Shown: one piece after another, positions 1 through 10,558 of the stretch
How the letters are laid out: the number at the start of each line of letters is the position of its first letter
Position numbering within the stretch: position 1 is the stretch's first letter
Translations under genes and position numbers: made by a program
Notes under the pieces: generated by a model
Told to the model about the DNA's origin: nothing
Databases searched by the model: none
What the model saw: the letters and a program-made list of their open reading frames with translations, nothing else
Source of the DNA: an uncultured delta proteobacterium
Lineage (GTDB): Bacteria > Desulfobacterota > Binatia > UBA9968
Reading direction: 5' to 3'
Length of the DNA: 33,535 nucleotides
NCBI GenBank assembly: GCA_963804165.1
Contig: CAWDPO010000026.1
Location: 1-33,535 of the forward strand

Positions 1-70
1 TGGATTCTGCGCCATTTTTCACTTATAGCGTCGATCTCGCGCTGGTAGAAATGAGAAATCATGGACCGCC

Positions 71-313
71 TTATTTTGGCTGTCGAAAAATCCTTGCGAT
101 CTCGTTACGTAGATCGGTCGGAAGACGCGTGGTCAGCTCGATCAGCCGTTTCACATCCTCCGTGTCGCAGAGGACCTCGACGATCCGCTCGATTTTGTCG
201 GGGTTCTGGCGTGACGCAGGCAGCCATCAGGATGTAATACTCGGCCGAGTCCCGGCTCGGAGCCGGAGCAATTCGTCATATTGGTCCGCGGGCGGCTCAA
301 TCCGAACTCTCAT
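71..313 (-). pseudogene. Small hypothetical protein, apparently frameshifted
   Basis: ATG at 313 (MRVRIEPPADQYDELL...) and a protein-like 3' frame (DKIERIVEVLCDTEDVKRLIELTTRL...TAA at 71-73) are in different frames. Confidence 0.3.
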
Positions 314-432
314 GGAAAAAGTCCGGCGCGGGACGGCTCAGAACGACGAAAACGGGCCCTACTTCTTTGCTAGTGTGGCGTCTCAGAAGTTCGTTTAAAA
401 AGTCCAAACGATGGCAGCCACTGAAGTTGAAC

Positions 433-525
433 TCAAATCCCCCTTTGTCCCCCTTTTTTCAAAGGGGGAATTTTCTCCGTGCAATTCTCACCCCTCTTTG
501 CCAAAGAGGGGAAGGGGAGATTTTC
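433..525. repeat. Pair of REP-like palindromes
   Basis: CCCCCTTTTTTCAAAGGGGG and CCCCTCTTTGCCAAAGAGGGG hairpins with flanking AAATCCCCC / GGGGAGATTT inverted ends. Confidence 0.7.
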
Positions 526-653
526 CGACGGAATGACGCGAGAATTATGTCGCGAACTTCTGAGACAAGACACCAGTTCGCCGTACGCTATCGCCGCAAG
601 AGCCGGAGACCGACGATCACAACCAAGCAAGCCACGGCAATCGAGAAGAACAG

Positions 654-688
654 ATTGAAGATGTTGTCGTGGTCCGACCCGGACTAAC
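654..688 (-). repeat. Truncated copy of the RAYT-upstream end module
   Basis: AAGATGTTGTCGTGGTCCGACCCGGACTAAC nearly identical to 13430-13460 and similar to 5265-5297. Confidence 0.8.
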
Positions 689-739
689 CTCTTCGCAGAA
701 CGGCGAAGAAGATTATGCTACTTTTGGATGATGATCGAA

Positions 740-2675
740 CTACCTTCGATCGCATCCGCCGAGCTTCAGCGACATCGACGCAATTTCCGGGATAGGGCGG
801 ATAGCCGACAACCGGCTCTCGTTTGACAGCGTTCCTTGACTTTTGGCAATCACAGCGGCCATCTCCGCAACCGTGGGTGAATCCAGCAGGAACTTTATAG
901 GCAGTTCTAGTTTGAACTCCATGACGATTCTCGAGATGACCTGAGTAGCCGCCAGCGAATGGCCGCCGAGGTCGAAAAAAGTGTCGTGGATGCCCACCTG
1001 TTTCAACCCCAACACCTCCGCCCAGATTTTTGCTAGTTTCTCTTCAATGGGATTTCTAGGCGGGACGTACAAGTTATCCAGTGCAGGCCGCGAATCATCC
1101 GGCACCGGAAGCCCGTGGCGATCCAACTTACCGGCAGGCGTCGTCGGCATTGCCGCCAGCATCACAAAGGCCGAAGGAATCATGTATTCGGGCAGCGTTT
1201 TGCGAAGCCATCGGCGCAACTCGCTTACGGTGATCCCGGGCCATTTATGCGGCACGCAATAAGCCACCAGCCGCCTTTCCCCGGCGTGATCCGCTTGACC
1301 GATGACAATGGCTTCCTTGACGCCGTCATGCCGCAGCGAAACCCGCACTATCTCGGCGATCTCAACCTGAACCCCTGATTTTTATTTGCGAATCCTTGCG
1401 CCCCCCGTGGAACAGACACCCATCGTCGGTGAGCCAGCCTAGATCGCCGCTCAAATAGGTTCTTTCATCCCCGCCGTTCGGATCGGACAAGAATCTGATC
1501 GGTCATCACGCGCATGCGCCAGTAGCCCGGTGAAAGAAAGCGGCTTCTGATGGCGATCTCCCCGATCGCGCCTGCTTTGGCTGGTTCTCCGTCATCATCG
1601 AGTATAAGGATTTGCAAATCCTCATGTGCATAACCCACAGGCACATCGTTGTTTTGAATTTCTGTCTCTTGTCGATCATGTAGTGGCTCACCTTCCCCGC
1701 TTCGCCGCAACCCAACCTCCCAACCAATATACACTCGTCGGCGAAATGCTTTTTATAGATTTCCACATCGTTCGCATAAACCGGTTCGCCTCCGATGCAA
1801 AGCAGGCGCAGGTGCGGGAAGCTCTCGCCGGAAAGAGCCCGCGAAGTGCCGGAAAGAGGATGACACGGAATCGAAAACGGTAATCTCTTCATGAATCAAC
1901 CAAGCAGCGAGACGAACGAATCCGTCCTTTGCGACGCTATACGGATAAACAGCGGCGCCGTTGAGCAAGCCGTCAAACAAATCAGCGATGGACCCGGAAG
2001 TGCTCGGTGATCGAAGCAGCGCCATTCGGTCGCGCGGTGAAAAATGAGCCGCAAGGGTATCCCGTAATAGGGTGTGGAGAATATTTCGGTGCGTCTGCAT
2101 GACACCCTTGGGCTGGCCGGTCGAACCGGACGTATAAATCAAAGCGGCAAGACTGTCCGGAGATAAGCATAGATCGAGATTTTCACCGCCGGAACTGCTT
2201 TCAAGTTCATCGATGTTGATGAGGCAAGTCCCCTCTTGAAGATTAGCTTTTGCGAACGGTAGAGTCGCATTGCCGGCGATCAGCCAGCGCGCCTGCGAAT
2301 CAGCCAGCAAGTATTTGATTCTTTCCTTGGGAAAGGACGGTCGATAACAACGAAGATCTTGCCTGCTTTCAGGATGCCGAGCATAGCCGGGATAACCGGC
2401 CCGCCATGCTCCAGGAAGATCGCTACCGGCTCATTTCCCTCGCCTTGTCGATCTATTATTGCCCTAGCCAAACGATTGGCGGTCCGATTGAGTTCGTCAT
2501 AGGTCAGCGCGCAACCGCTCATACTGACCGCTGGCCACTCCGGATACATCCAAACGATCTTTTGAAACCGTTCGGGGATCGACGATTCAACGTCAGCTAC
2601 AGGAAACTCGACGAATATCCCCGACGGGTGAAAGCACTAAGCTCGTATACCCTCTTGTTCCGGCGGTAACTTCAT
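740..2675 (-). pseudogene. Stand-alone NRPS-like adenylation + carrier (A-T) protein, disrupted
   Basis: Starts MKLPPEQEGIRA*CFHPSG (in-frame TAG 2637-2639); fragments in several frames carry TYDELN, LIYTSGSTGQPKG, IGGEP, GEIAIRSRFLSPGYW, PEYMIP/GKLDR and carrier motif FFDLGGHSL; several frameshifts. Confidence 0.88.
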
Positions 2676-2901
2676 ACTGCTGGCAGCACTCCCGAAATCT
2701 TCTCTGTGCCGATTGGACAGCATTCTAGCCCCGCGCGAGACTAAAGGGCAAGGTGGTTGTGTTGCTAAGCGCCACTAACACTAGTCGACGCCGGGCCAGA
2801 CTTCTCTGGGTTGATAAAACTGAAGTCTTGAAGGTCGCCACGTGCTCTCTGATCGTCATGAAGTGAGCGACGCGATGGCCGTCAGGGGAGCGTGTACGGT
2901 C

Positions 2902-3735
2902 TCATTCCTCGACGGCGATGAAACGGCAAGGCGATGCGCCGCCTTCTTTGATCAATAGAGGAAGGATGATCATCTTCACCCGAAGCTTCGAGATTTTGTC
3001 GCATTCGACGAGGCACTTGCAACCTGCGATGGATTTTCTGATCAGTGCGCCATAGCTGCTCGCATGCGGGCTGCCGTGCCGGTGAGCACCCAGATCAAGC
3101 ACCCGTTCCCGTGCTTCGGCGGAAGGCCAGGGCTTGGGGTGGGGAATCATCGGACTTTCACCGCGAAACCAGTTGTTGCCTTGGACTCTGGGCGGATTGA
3201 CCAAGCCGCAATCGGTCATAAAAATGCCGCTCCCCATCTCGTCCATTTTCTTCGCCAAGAGCGCGGCCGCGTCAAAATGGATGCTCGGAGTTCTCTTGTA
3301 GTAGTCGAGCCCGAGTCGTAGGCTCGCGCGCGCGTGCCCCAACCGGTGCGAATCAGCACCTCGTCTCCTTTTCGGAAATCGGCGTCCTTGATCGCCTTGT
3401 CCATCTCGTCACCCGTAATCTCGTCTGTTCCGGCGCTCTGATATCCAGGATCACCGTGTCTCTGAGAATCAGTCGATCGAGCGGGATCTGGTCGAGCGTC
3501 CATGAAAACTTGGGGTCCGGTTGCAAAGGCGTGGTGTCGAAGGGCATGCGCTGATGCGGCACCATGAAGGGACTGCCGGTTTCGCCGTCGAGTTTCATGC
3601 GCGTCATCCTGAGGCCGTGCTTGTTATAATACATATACTCCCAAAGCCGCACGGAAGAGTTGGTAAAGGGCAAAATCTCTCCGTAGCCCGCGCCTTCCAA
3701 ATCGGCATGGTCAAGTCGATCATTTTCATGGTCAT
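2902..3735 (-). pseudogene. Cyclase/kynurenine-formamidase-fold protein, three apparent frameshifts
   Basis: Joined frames give MKMIDLTMPIW..., IPLDRLILRDTVILDI, GDEVLIRTGW, P.I..DAA..L, ILPLLIKEGGASPCRFIAVEE; start overlaps upstream stop (ATGA). Confidence 0.75.
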
Positions 3736-4499
3736 TCCTCCACGGCGACAACTCTGCAACTCGAAGCGACACCTCGGACAATGTTCAACGGGGACACCAA
3801 CAGCTTGATCCGCTGACTTTTGATCTGGCCGCACTGAACCAGCTTTCGCACGGTCGTAATACCCAAGCGGGCAAATTCCATCTCGACGGCGAAATCCTTT
3901 TTGGCTTTCTCGCTGTCGTATAGATGCAGATACATGCGCGCTTCAGCCGACTCGGCAGACGGAGGCGGGAGCATTGAGAACCATTCCGGAATCATATGGC
4001 TTTTCGGCAGTCCGAGCCCTGCAGTGTCGGCCAACAGTAAGTCATTTTGGTTGTCGTGTAGCGCTTGTGCCAAAAATCGCGCAGCCTCAAACGAGAAATG
4101 AGGGCTGCCAAGGATGTACTTGGTTCCCTCCGCCTGATGGTGCGGTTTATCGCCCCAACCCGTGACGATCAGAAATGCATCCCCATTGGCTGGACGGGCG
4201 TCCTTAAACGCCTTCTCGACGTCCGACTGGCTGATTTCTTCTCCATCCCCTTTGTTGATGTGAACCACCACAGCCGGCCGCAAGAACAATTTCTCGACGG
4301 GTACCTGGTCCAGTCGCGTCGTCTTGCGAAACTCGGCGAACAGCGAAGGCAGCGCCAGGCTTGTTCCCGAATCGCTCCCGACGACCATGCCTTTTTCTTG
4401 ATGGTCCTTGGGCCCGAGGAAAAATTTGATTGCCGACGGCAAACCCTCATCCGGCATCCAGCGATGGTTTAACGGCATTGTCAGATCGACAAAGTTCAT
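3732..4499 (-). CDS. Cyclase/kynurenine-formamidase-fold protein (atypical, lacks HxGTHxD)
   Basis: FVDLTMPL, LDQVPVEKL, GDAFLIVTGW, SPHFSFEAARFL, PLNIVRGVASSCRVVA; GGAGG RBS upstream. Confidence 0.8.
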   Translation of the reverse strand: MNFVDLTMPLNHRWMPDEGLPSAIKFFLGPKDHQEKGMVVGSDSGTSLALPSLFAEFRKTTRLDQVPVEKLFLRPAVVVHINKGDGEEISQSDVEKAFKDARPANGDAFLIVTGWGDKPHHQAEGTKYILGSPHFSFEAARFLAQALHDNQNDLLLADTAGLGLPKSHMIPEWFSMLPPPSAESAEARMYLHLYDSEKAKKDFAVEMEFARLGITTVRKLVQCGQIKSQRIKLLVSPLNIVRGVASSCRVVAVEE

Positions 4500-4567
4500 A
4501 ATCCCTCCACTTTTCCCGGCGTCGCGGATTTATTTATCGAGCGGCAGGGGGCTCCGCCGGGAAGAAA

Positions 4568-4951
4568 TTAATCAGGCATGCAAGCTGTGACGGTTATCTC
4601 CACAAGGAGCTCGGGGAAGTTCAACATCGCTTCCACCGTGGTCCTGGCTGGTTTGTTGGTCGGGAAAAACTTGGCGTACTCCTCGTTGTAGGCTGCAAGG
4701 TCGTCACGTTGGGTCAGATGCGTCAATACCGTCAGAACATTATCGAGAGAGGTCCCCGCGGTTGCCAAAATCATCTTGATCCGTTCGATGGCGTACCGAG
4801 TCTGCTCGCGAACGTCTCTGCCGGCCTCCCCGGTAATTGGGTGCCGGCCGGTTTGACCGGCGACGAACACCAGATCTCCAAATCGCGTGGCTGGTGAGAG
4901 ATTCGGATTCGCCGCAGCAAGATTCACCTGAATAACTTCTTTCTTAGGCAT
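4568..4951 (-). CDS. RidA/YjgF/UK114 family protein
   Basis: SPATRFGDLVFVAGQTG, EQT, AGTSLDNV, N..Y..FF, PART, LVEITVTA; AGGAG RBS. Confidence 0.92.
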   Translation of the reverse strand: MPKKEVIQVNLAAANPNLSPATRFGDLVFVAGQTGRHPITGEAGRDVREQTRYAIERIKMILATAGTSLDNVLTVLTHLTQRDDLAAYNEEYAKFFPTNKPARTTVEAMLNFPELLVEITVTACMPD

Positions 4952-5091
4952 CTGGTCTCCTGAATGAAAGTTCGTTCACCGCCAGGGTCGTGCTGGGTCG
5001 CACTAGGCTATCTTCTTGCCAACCTGCCAACCGCAATGGCTTCAGATCAGCGCTCATCGGGTAGAGGTCGTTGGTGTTCCCTTCTAGAACG

Positions 5092-5297
5092 TTTTGAACG
5101 GACCCCGGACTTGATCCGGGGGATTGAACGACTGGAACGATTGGAACTGGCTGCAGTATTGCTGGGCGCGTGGCATCGTTTTCTTAGAGGTCGCTTTTCG
5201 GCTTTCAAAACCCACCGCGAAGCTCTCTAAACGATGCTTTCTACGCTATGTTCTATTGTCAACTCAAGCTGTTGTCGTCGTCCGAGCCGGACTAACC
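5092..5297. repeat. Composite repeat: 9-bp TTGAACG array + CCCCGGA/TCCGGGG hairpin + RAYT-upstream module
   Basis: 5165-5297 aligns with 13328-13460; on the minus strand it ends in ATGCCACGCGCC (MPRA), the start of the RAYT relic at 20422; hairpin repeated at 15635-15655. Confidence 0.85.
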
Positions 5298-5383
5298 TCA
5301 CCCCCCAACAATTGTTCTCAACCCCAATTTTTCCCTCAGCCGCGTGTTTAGCAAAAAGACACATTCGTGGCATACTGCGTTTC

Positions 5384-5944
5384 ATGTTTTTATCACATCA
5401 AACAATTGAGAAGTACATTGATGAAGGCAAAATCCTTATCGAGCCTGACTTTGATAAGAAAAATATACGCCCCGTCGGTATCCGTATCCATCTAGCCAAA
5501 CATCTGCTTCTACCCGAGCCTAATCAGGTTGTAAGTCTAACGGTGGCGCAGGAACTCAAATATAGGGAAATCGATCTGACGACAGAGGACTTTCTATTGG
5601 AACCAGGGCAATTTGTTCTTGGAGCAAGTTATGAAGCGATACAAACTCCGCCAAACGTATTGGCCATTTTAGATGGGAGAAGCACGGTAGCTCGTCTCGG
5701 TCTTACCATTCATATAACCGCTTCTGTGATTGACGGAACATTCGAGACGCCACACGTCGCGGTGTTAGAAATCAAAAACCTGGGGAACTTTAAAATCAGA
5801 TTAAATTTTAAAGATCCAGTAGCCATGATGCTTTTTGCAGAGTTAAAGGATCCTGTAACGCAAAAATTACAGACCCAATACGGTGGTGGTCAAAGCAAAG
5901 CAACTCCCCCGAATTTACGATTTAGAACCGGCGATGATAAATAA
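5384..5944 (+). CDS. dcd: dCTP deaminase
   Basis: MFLS start, LEPGQFVLG.S.E, DGRSTVARLGL, ID, VLEIKNLG, QYG; ATG 5384 preferred since the longer ORF runs through a repeat; AT-richer than neighbours. Confidence 0.88.
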   Translation: MFLSHQTIEKYIDEGKILIEPDFDKKNIRPVGIRIHLAKHLLLPEPNQVVSLTVAQELKYREIDLTTEDFLLEPGQFVLGASYEAIQTPPNVLAILDGRSTVARLGLTIHITASVIDGTFETPHVAVLEIKNLGNFKIRLNFKDPVAMMLFAELKDPVTQKLQTQYGGGQSKATPPNLRFRTGDDK

Positions 5945-6214
5945 GTCATCTCGGTCACTCGAACGGAACGAAGCACATGGCACCTTGAGACAAAACTTTC
6001 CACCTTCGTCGCCGGTGCTCCGAAATAACCTTGCTCCTTCCATCCCCCCATCTAAGTTAGTCCAGCTAGTCAACAACGTCCCTAACCCGCGCCCGTGATT
6101 TTCAAGTGCTGGGCTTACGGATGGCTGAGAGAACCTTGACATCCTAATAGGTTCAGCAGTACTGTCGGTCGAAAAATTCATTCAAAACCTATCCTCAACC
6201 GAAGGAGTCCCATC

Positions 6215-6682
6215 ATGATGAACGCCAGAGCAGTCGCGCTGATTACGGCAGTGCTCTTGTCGTCGCCTCTTCTGGTATCGACGGCTCATGCAATCGACCC
6301 AGAGACGCAACGTATCTACTCCAACATCGAAAGCACCGGATTGTGTGGGACCGATTCCCAGAGCCCGACCGACTTCCCTCCCAGTCCATGCACAGTCCCG
6401 TCTGGACGACGCCTGATAATCGAGCACGTCTCCGGTTATGTTTTTCTCCCCACCTCGGCAAACACCACCACGACCGGAGTGTCGATCGTGATAACGGACC
6501 CCGGACTCGGACTCAGTAGTGCCGCCTTCCACAACTTTGTGGCCACAAAGACCTTCCCGGGCCCAGTGTCGGATACCTTTTCCTTCTCCATTCCATTCAA
6601 GATGATGTTGAATGCCGGAGCGACCTTCTATTTCAGCCCGTCGGATAACGTCGCCGTGTCCGGATACCTGGTGCGGCAGTGA
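6215..6682 (+). CDS. Secreted hypothetical protein
   Basis: AAGGAG RBS; signal peptide ending AHA; beta-rich domain with TVPSGRRLIIEHVS and VSGYLV. Confidence 0.8.
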   Translation: MMNARAVALITAVLLSSPLLVSTAHAIDPETQRIYSNIESTGLCGTDSQSPTDFPPSPCTVPSGRRLIIEHVSGYVFLPTSANTTTTGVSIVITDPGLGLSSAAFHNFVATKTFPGPVSDTFSFSIPFKMMLNAGATFYFSPSDNVAVSGYLVRQ

Positions 6683-6874
6683 GCAAGACGTGATATTCCG
6701 CCGCTGACAGCCACTGTTAAAGTTCTGTTGAGGTTCTATTCGCAGACGGACGCAAAAATGCGTACAGGCGTGGATAGGGGATAGGTGCTTTCTTCTTCTA
6801 GTTTATGCTTCGGTATGATGCTGTATCCGATATGACAACGTGACTTAAGGATTAAACACGAAAACGGAAAACGA

Positions 6875-7930
6875 CTATTTTCCGTAACAGCTCTGGACTT
6901 CCATCTCACGGCCCGCGCTGACGGCTTCGAATTTCTTCCGGAACGATTCATCGATCTTCTTAGACTCAGCGTTCTGTGTGCCCGTCCGGTAGCGGCTCAG
7001 CTGCCGGGGGCCGCCATTGTAAGCCGAGTAGGTCGCCCGTGCGAGGTCGCCGCCCGGTTGTTTGTCCTCGTTTTTTTTCATCGCAAAACGGGTCAAGTAA
7101 TAAAGCGAAATTTCCGCGCCGGCATTGCCGTTGTATTCGATATCGGCTCCCAACTGTTTCAGGTCATAAAGGTTTCGCCACGTATGAGGACTTATTTGCA
7201 TCAAACCTAAAGCGCCGCTGGCCGAGGCGATCGGCATCAGGAGCTTCCCCTTTTTAATGAACTGGCGCCAGCAAGTCTCCTGCCACCCCACGGCAAATAT
7301 GATTTGCCGCGCGAGAGACTCATACTCTTCCGCCATTCGGTATTTTGCCGCGAGTTTTTGACTCACCACCGCCAGCAAACTCCTGACGGCGAGAAGATAA
7401 GACTCAAGGTCACCGTCCTCGGGCACGCGTTCATTCAACTTGTGTCGGTCAGGCTCCGTCGCCAACGCGACACCGAATCCGGGCGAAGGCACAGAGCCTT
7501 CTCGGATTTTGGCAAAGGAGCGAAAACCCGGCTGCCAGCTCTGTTTTGTACCCGGAGGTGGGGCGGCCATCGCAGCGCCGAGGCCGAGTAGATCGCGCAG
7601 CGCGTTATCGACCTCGAGGGTGTACCCGATCGGATCTCCGGTTGCGGCGGGCTCCAACATCCGCGCCAGTCCTCGCAGCGCGTCGGGCGACAATTGCAGG
7701 AAGCCCAGCTGAGATCCTTGTGCCAGCGTCACCCATTGATCCAGCACGTCGATGAAGTTCGCGTACCGGTCGGCGCTCTCCTTCGGCAACCCAGGCAGCG
7801 CTTGCTTCAGGATCGGCGACAATCGCCTCCAGCCGTCCTGGAGCAGCTGCGGAACCGGGTTCTGTCCGGCGGATGCCAGCGCCACGACATCCGTCAACTC
7901 GTAACGCAAGTCGAGAAACGTCTCGGCCAA
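6875..7930 (-). CDS. Lytic transglycosylase (SLT domain) protein, probably 5'-truncated
   Basis: AVGWQETCW (catalytic Glu position), GALGLMQI, AYNGG; no signal peptide or clear start; 5' end abuts an orphan IS right end. Confidence 0.8.
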   Translation of the reverse strand: MAETFLDLRYELTDVVALASAGQNPVPQLLQDGWRRLSPILKQALPGLPKESADRYANFIDVLDQWVTLAQGSQLGFLQLSPDALRGLARMLEPAATGDPIGYTLEVDNALRDLLGLGAAMAAPPPGTKQSWQPGFRSFAKIREGSVPSPGFGVALATEPDRHKLNERVPEDGDLESYLLAVRSLLAVVSQKLAAKYRMAEEYESLARQIIFAVGWQETCWRQFIKKGKLLMPIASASGALGLMQISPHTWRNLYDLKQLGADIEYNGNAGAEISLYYLTRFAMKKNEDKQPGGDLARATYSAYNGGPRQLSRYRTGTQNAESKKIDESFRKKFEAVSAGREMEVQSCYGK

Positions 7931-7964
7931 CGATTCTCTAAGATCCGGAGGAATTTCCTGGCAA

Positions 7965-8021
7965 CAAAAGATTTCTCCCTTGGAAGGTTTGTGCCTACTT
8001 GACCGACCGGCTAATGGGTGA
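7965..8021 (+). mobile_element. Orphan right end of IS1111-type element
   Basis: GGAAGGTTTGTGCCTACTTGACCGACCGGCTAATGGGTGA|CCC matches 26743-26782|CCC. Confidence 0.85.
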
Positions 8022-8118
8022 CCCTAAAACCTTCTATTTTTATGCTAGCTTATGTTGTTAAATTAAGAGATTGCCCTGGGCCGACCGGGGAAGGCTCCCG
8101 TCAAGCATTTAAAAAAGC

Positions 8119-9006
8119 ATGAGACAAAAATTTCTTCTATTTTTTATCTCTCTGAGCGTCGGCTTATTTTGCCTCCACCATTCCCATGCGCAGACGGGTG
8201 GCGTGCTTGCTTCTTATGATTTTGAGAGTGGCATTGTTCCAACCAATTGGTCGACTGCCTATTCGGCTTTCAAAGTCAAAGTGCCCATACAAGTCGTCAA
8301 AGAGTCTAACGGCAACCATTTCGTCCGCATCACGGCAACCGCACAAGACCTTACCAGCACCGGCGGGCAGTCTTCCATCAGAGTGCGTTCCCAGGCTGCG
8401 GTTGGAAACTTTTCTGCGAAAGAAGGGGAAATTGTTACCTACAGTTTTTCCATACGCTTAGGCAATAATGCCCCATCATCTTCCGTTCTTATGCAGCTTT
8501 ACCAGTACGGAGACGAAAACCTTGGTTACGGAGCTACGGGAGATGGTACAGGGCCTACGGTGTGGATATCCAGCCGAAATACCAATGAATTAAATTTGAG
8601 AAATTATTACGATTGTGAAAACAAATTTCAGAGTAAAAGTTTGGGGACCATTCCTTTGAATAAGTTCGTAAATGTCGTCGTTACCATTTACTGGAGCCTG
8701 GATTCCTCCAAGGGAACAGTGGATGTCTGGTTAGACGAGGAGCATGTGGCAAGTTTAAGCGGCGCGCCGACTACGCAATGTCCCCTATCCAAACCCACTA
8801 CTCAGATGGACATTGGCACTTACGGCGATGGCGCAGTAGGAGTAGTTGATTTCGACAATATCGTAGTAAAGAAAGGTGCCGGAGAAACCGTGGCGCCAAA
8901 TCCTACTCCAACTCCACCAGCTTCCGGCATTTCCTGCCATCCCTTGGACTCGACAAAAGCGGTTCCTGCAGCTTCAACTTATTCTCAACAGCCAAGGAAC
9001 TGCTGA
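8119..9006 (+). CDS. Secreted polysaccharide-lyase-like (jelly-roll) protein
   Basis: Signal peptide ending SHA; DFESG, VRSQ, YSFSIRL, LMQL, W...G.VDVWLD, IGTYG, VDFDNIVV pattern; Pro/Thr linker then abrupt end. Confidence 0.62.
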   Translation: MRQKFLLFFISLSVGLFCLHHSHAQTGGVLASYDFESGIVPTNWSTAYSAFKVKVPIQVVKESNGNHFVRITATAQDLTSTGGQSSIRVRSQAAVGNFSAKEGEIVTYSFSIRLGNNAPSSSVLMQLYQYGDENLGYGATGDGTGPTVWISSRNTNELNLRNYYDCENKFQSKSLGTIPLNKFVNVVVTIYWSLDSSKGTVDVWLDEEHVASLSGAPTTQCPLSKPTTQMDIGTYGDGAVGVVDFDNIVVKKGAGETVAPNPTPTPPASGISCHPLDSTKAVPAASTYSQQPRNC

Positions 9007-9235
9007 GCTGGAGAGTTTTTCAGGTTTTTCAGCGTCGGACCACGGTATGTCTCCGCCGGGTAGCTGGTCGATGTGAGGATCAACGCGACGGCGGAAACTT
9101 TTCTGCAGCAATGCATTTCGCCACAGAGTACAGTGTGATGAACGAAGTTCGATCCCAGTGGATTTTCAAGATAGTCGGGTCATAGAAGTCCGACCCTAAA
9201 ACTCTCATAATTCAACGCTTTGAATGGTTCCGAGC

Positions 9236-9445
9236 CACGTTGAACTTTGAACCGGTTCTTTTTGACTGTTGCCTGTTGCCTAATGGCTGTTGCTTATTCA
9301 ATGGTTCACGCGGCGCATAACTGCCATTTGCCTCTATAACATCTCGATGTGAGGCAATGACACCGAGCTGATTCTTGACGTTCTAAATATCTGAAACGTC
9401 TTGAACAGAGCGCAGCGGTTGAACGGCTTGAACGATTGGAACAAG
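9236..9445. repeat. Short tandem repeats (TTGAAC[C/T] and TGTTGCC heptamers; 9-bp TTGAACG array)
   Basis: TTGAACTTTGAACC, TGTTGCCTGTTGCC..TGTTGC, TTGAACAGAGCGCAGCGGTTGAACGGCTTGAACGATTGGAAC. Confidence 0.75.
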
Positions 9446-9497
9446 TTTTTCGTCGTTGGAAAGCGCTTCTACCAAGCGCGCCGTCGGCTTTTCAATG

Positions 9498-9519
9498 CAA
9501 AAGTAGCCTGTCCCCTTTT
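9498..9519 (+). repeat. Left copy of 22-bp inverted repeat
   Basis: CAAAAGTAGCCTGTCCCCTTTT; 20/22 match to reverse complement of 12229-12250. Confidence 0.75.
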
Positions 9520-9629
9520 CTCCCCCTTCTCCCCTCATCCTTTTTTTATCGCTGATACTGACTCGCGATTGACCTGATTTCCGCGCCGGAGATATGCTCG
9601 CTGCCAGAGATACTGAAAGGGGTTCGAGC

Positions 9630-10394
9630 ATGGCAACAAACCATTCGGTTCACGCGATGATGGTCGGGATGAGCGAAAGCTGGTGGCGGTCGGGGATCAT
9701 GCCTTGTTTGCGCAGCGACGTGGATCGCGACAAACCCGTGGCGTATATCTTCTGGCTCATCGAAGGACCCCACGGACCCATTGTTGTCGACACCGGCTAT
9801 CATCCTGATTACGTGGCGCCCGAGTGGGCACAGGGTAAACAGTTCATCGAGCCGCCGAAGCTGCTCGCCGAGGTCGGCATCCAGTCCGACGAGGTCAAAA
9901 CGGTCATCGTCACCCACTTCCATCAAGACCATTTCACCGGCTTCGACTATTTTCCCAAAGCCAAGTTCGTCATTCAGCGCGCCGAATTGGAATTTTGGAC
10001 CGGGCCGCGCATGCGCTATAAGGTCTTGGATAGCCAAATTCGTCCGAAAGTGCGCCCCGGATTGGATCGGCTAAAACAGGAAGGACGGATCGAACTGATC
10101 GACGGCGATCACGAACTCTATGCCGGACTCGATCTACTGAAAGCCGGCGGCCACACCCCCGGTTCGCAAATGATCGCGCTCCAAACCGCCGCAGGCAAAG
10201 CCGTCCTCTGCGGTGACATCGCCTATACCTTGAAAAATATCCGCGACCATCACCCGGTGGGCTGGTACTACGACTTAGGCGATACCGTCGCCGCGCTCGA
10301 CCGGGCGCTGGCCACGGCGACGCGGCCTGATTTGGCTTTTCCCAATCACGATGCGGAGATCATGCAAGGCAAGCGCGTGGCGCGAGCTATTTGA
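9630..10394 (+). CDS. Metallo-beta-lactamase-fold hydrolase, N-acyl-homoserine-lactonase family
   Basis: IVVDTG, THFHQDHFTG (HxHxDH), GHTPGSQ, LCGD, PNHD. Confidence 0.9.
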   Translation: MATNHSVHAMMVGMSESWWRSGIMPCLRSDVDRDKPVAYIFWLIEGPHGPIVVDTGYHPDYVAPEWAQGKQFIEPPKLLAEVGIQSDEVKTVIVTHFHQDHFTGFDYFPKAKFVIQRAELEFWTGPRMRYKVLDSQIRPKVRPGLDRLKQEGRIELIDGDHELYAGLDLLKAGGHTPGSQMIALQTAAGKAVLCGDIAYTLKNIRDHHPVGWYYDLGDTVAALDRALATATRPDLAFPNHDAEIMQGKRVARAI

Positions 10395-10558
10395 GAATTT
10401 CGGAGTTGGCGGGGTACTCTAACCGAATCGTTGTGAACGAGCGTATTGTCATGTTGTCAAACTCTGGGCCGTCCACCAGGTTCAACCAATTCCCTTCAAA
10501 GGAGCTTGAACGGAGTGGGACGGTTGAACAAGTTCTTTCCCGCCAAGGAGCACAAAAT

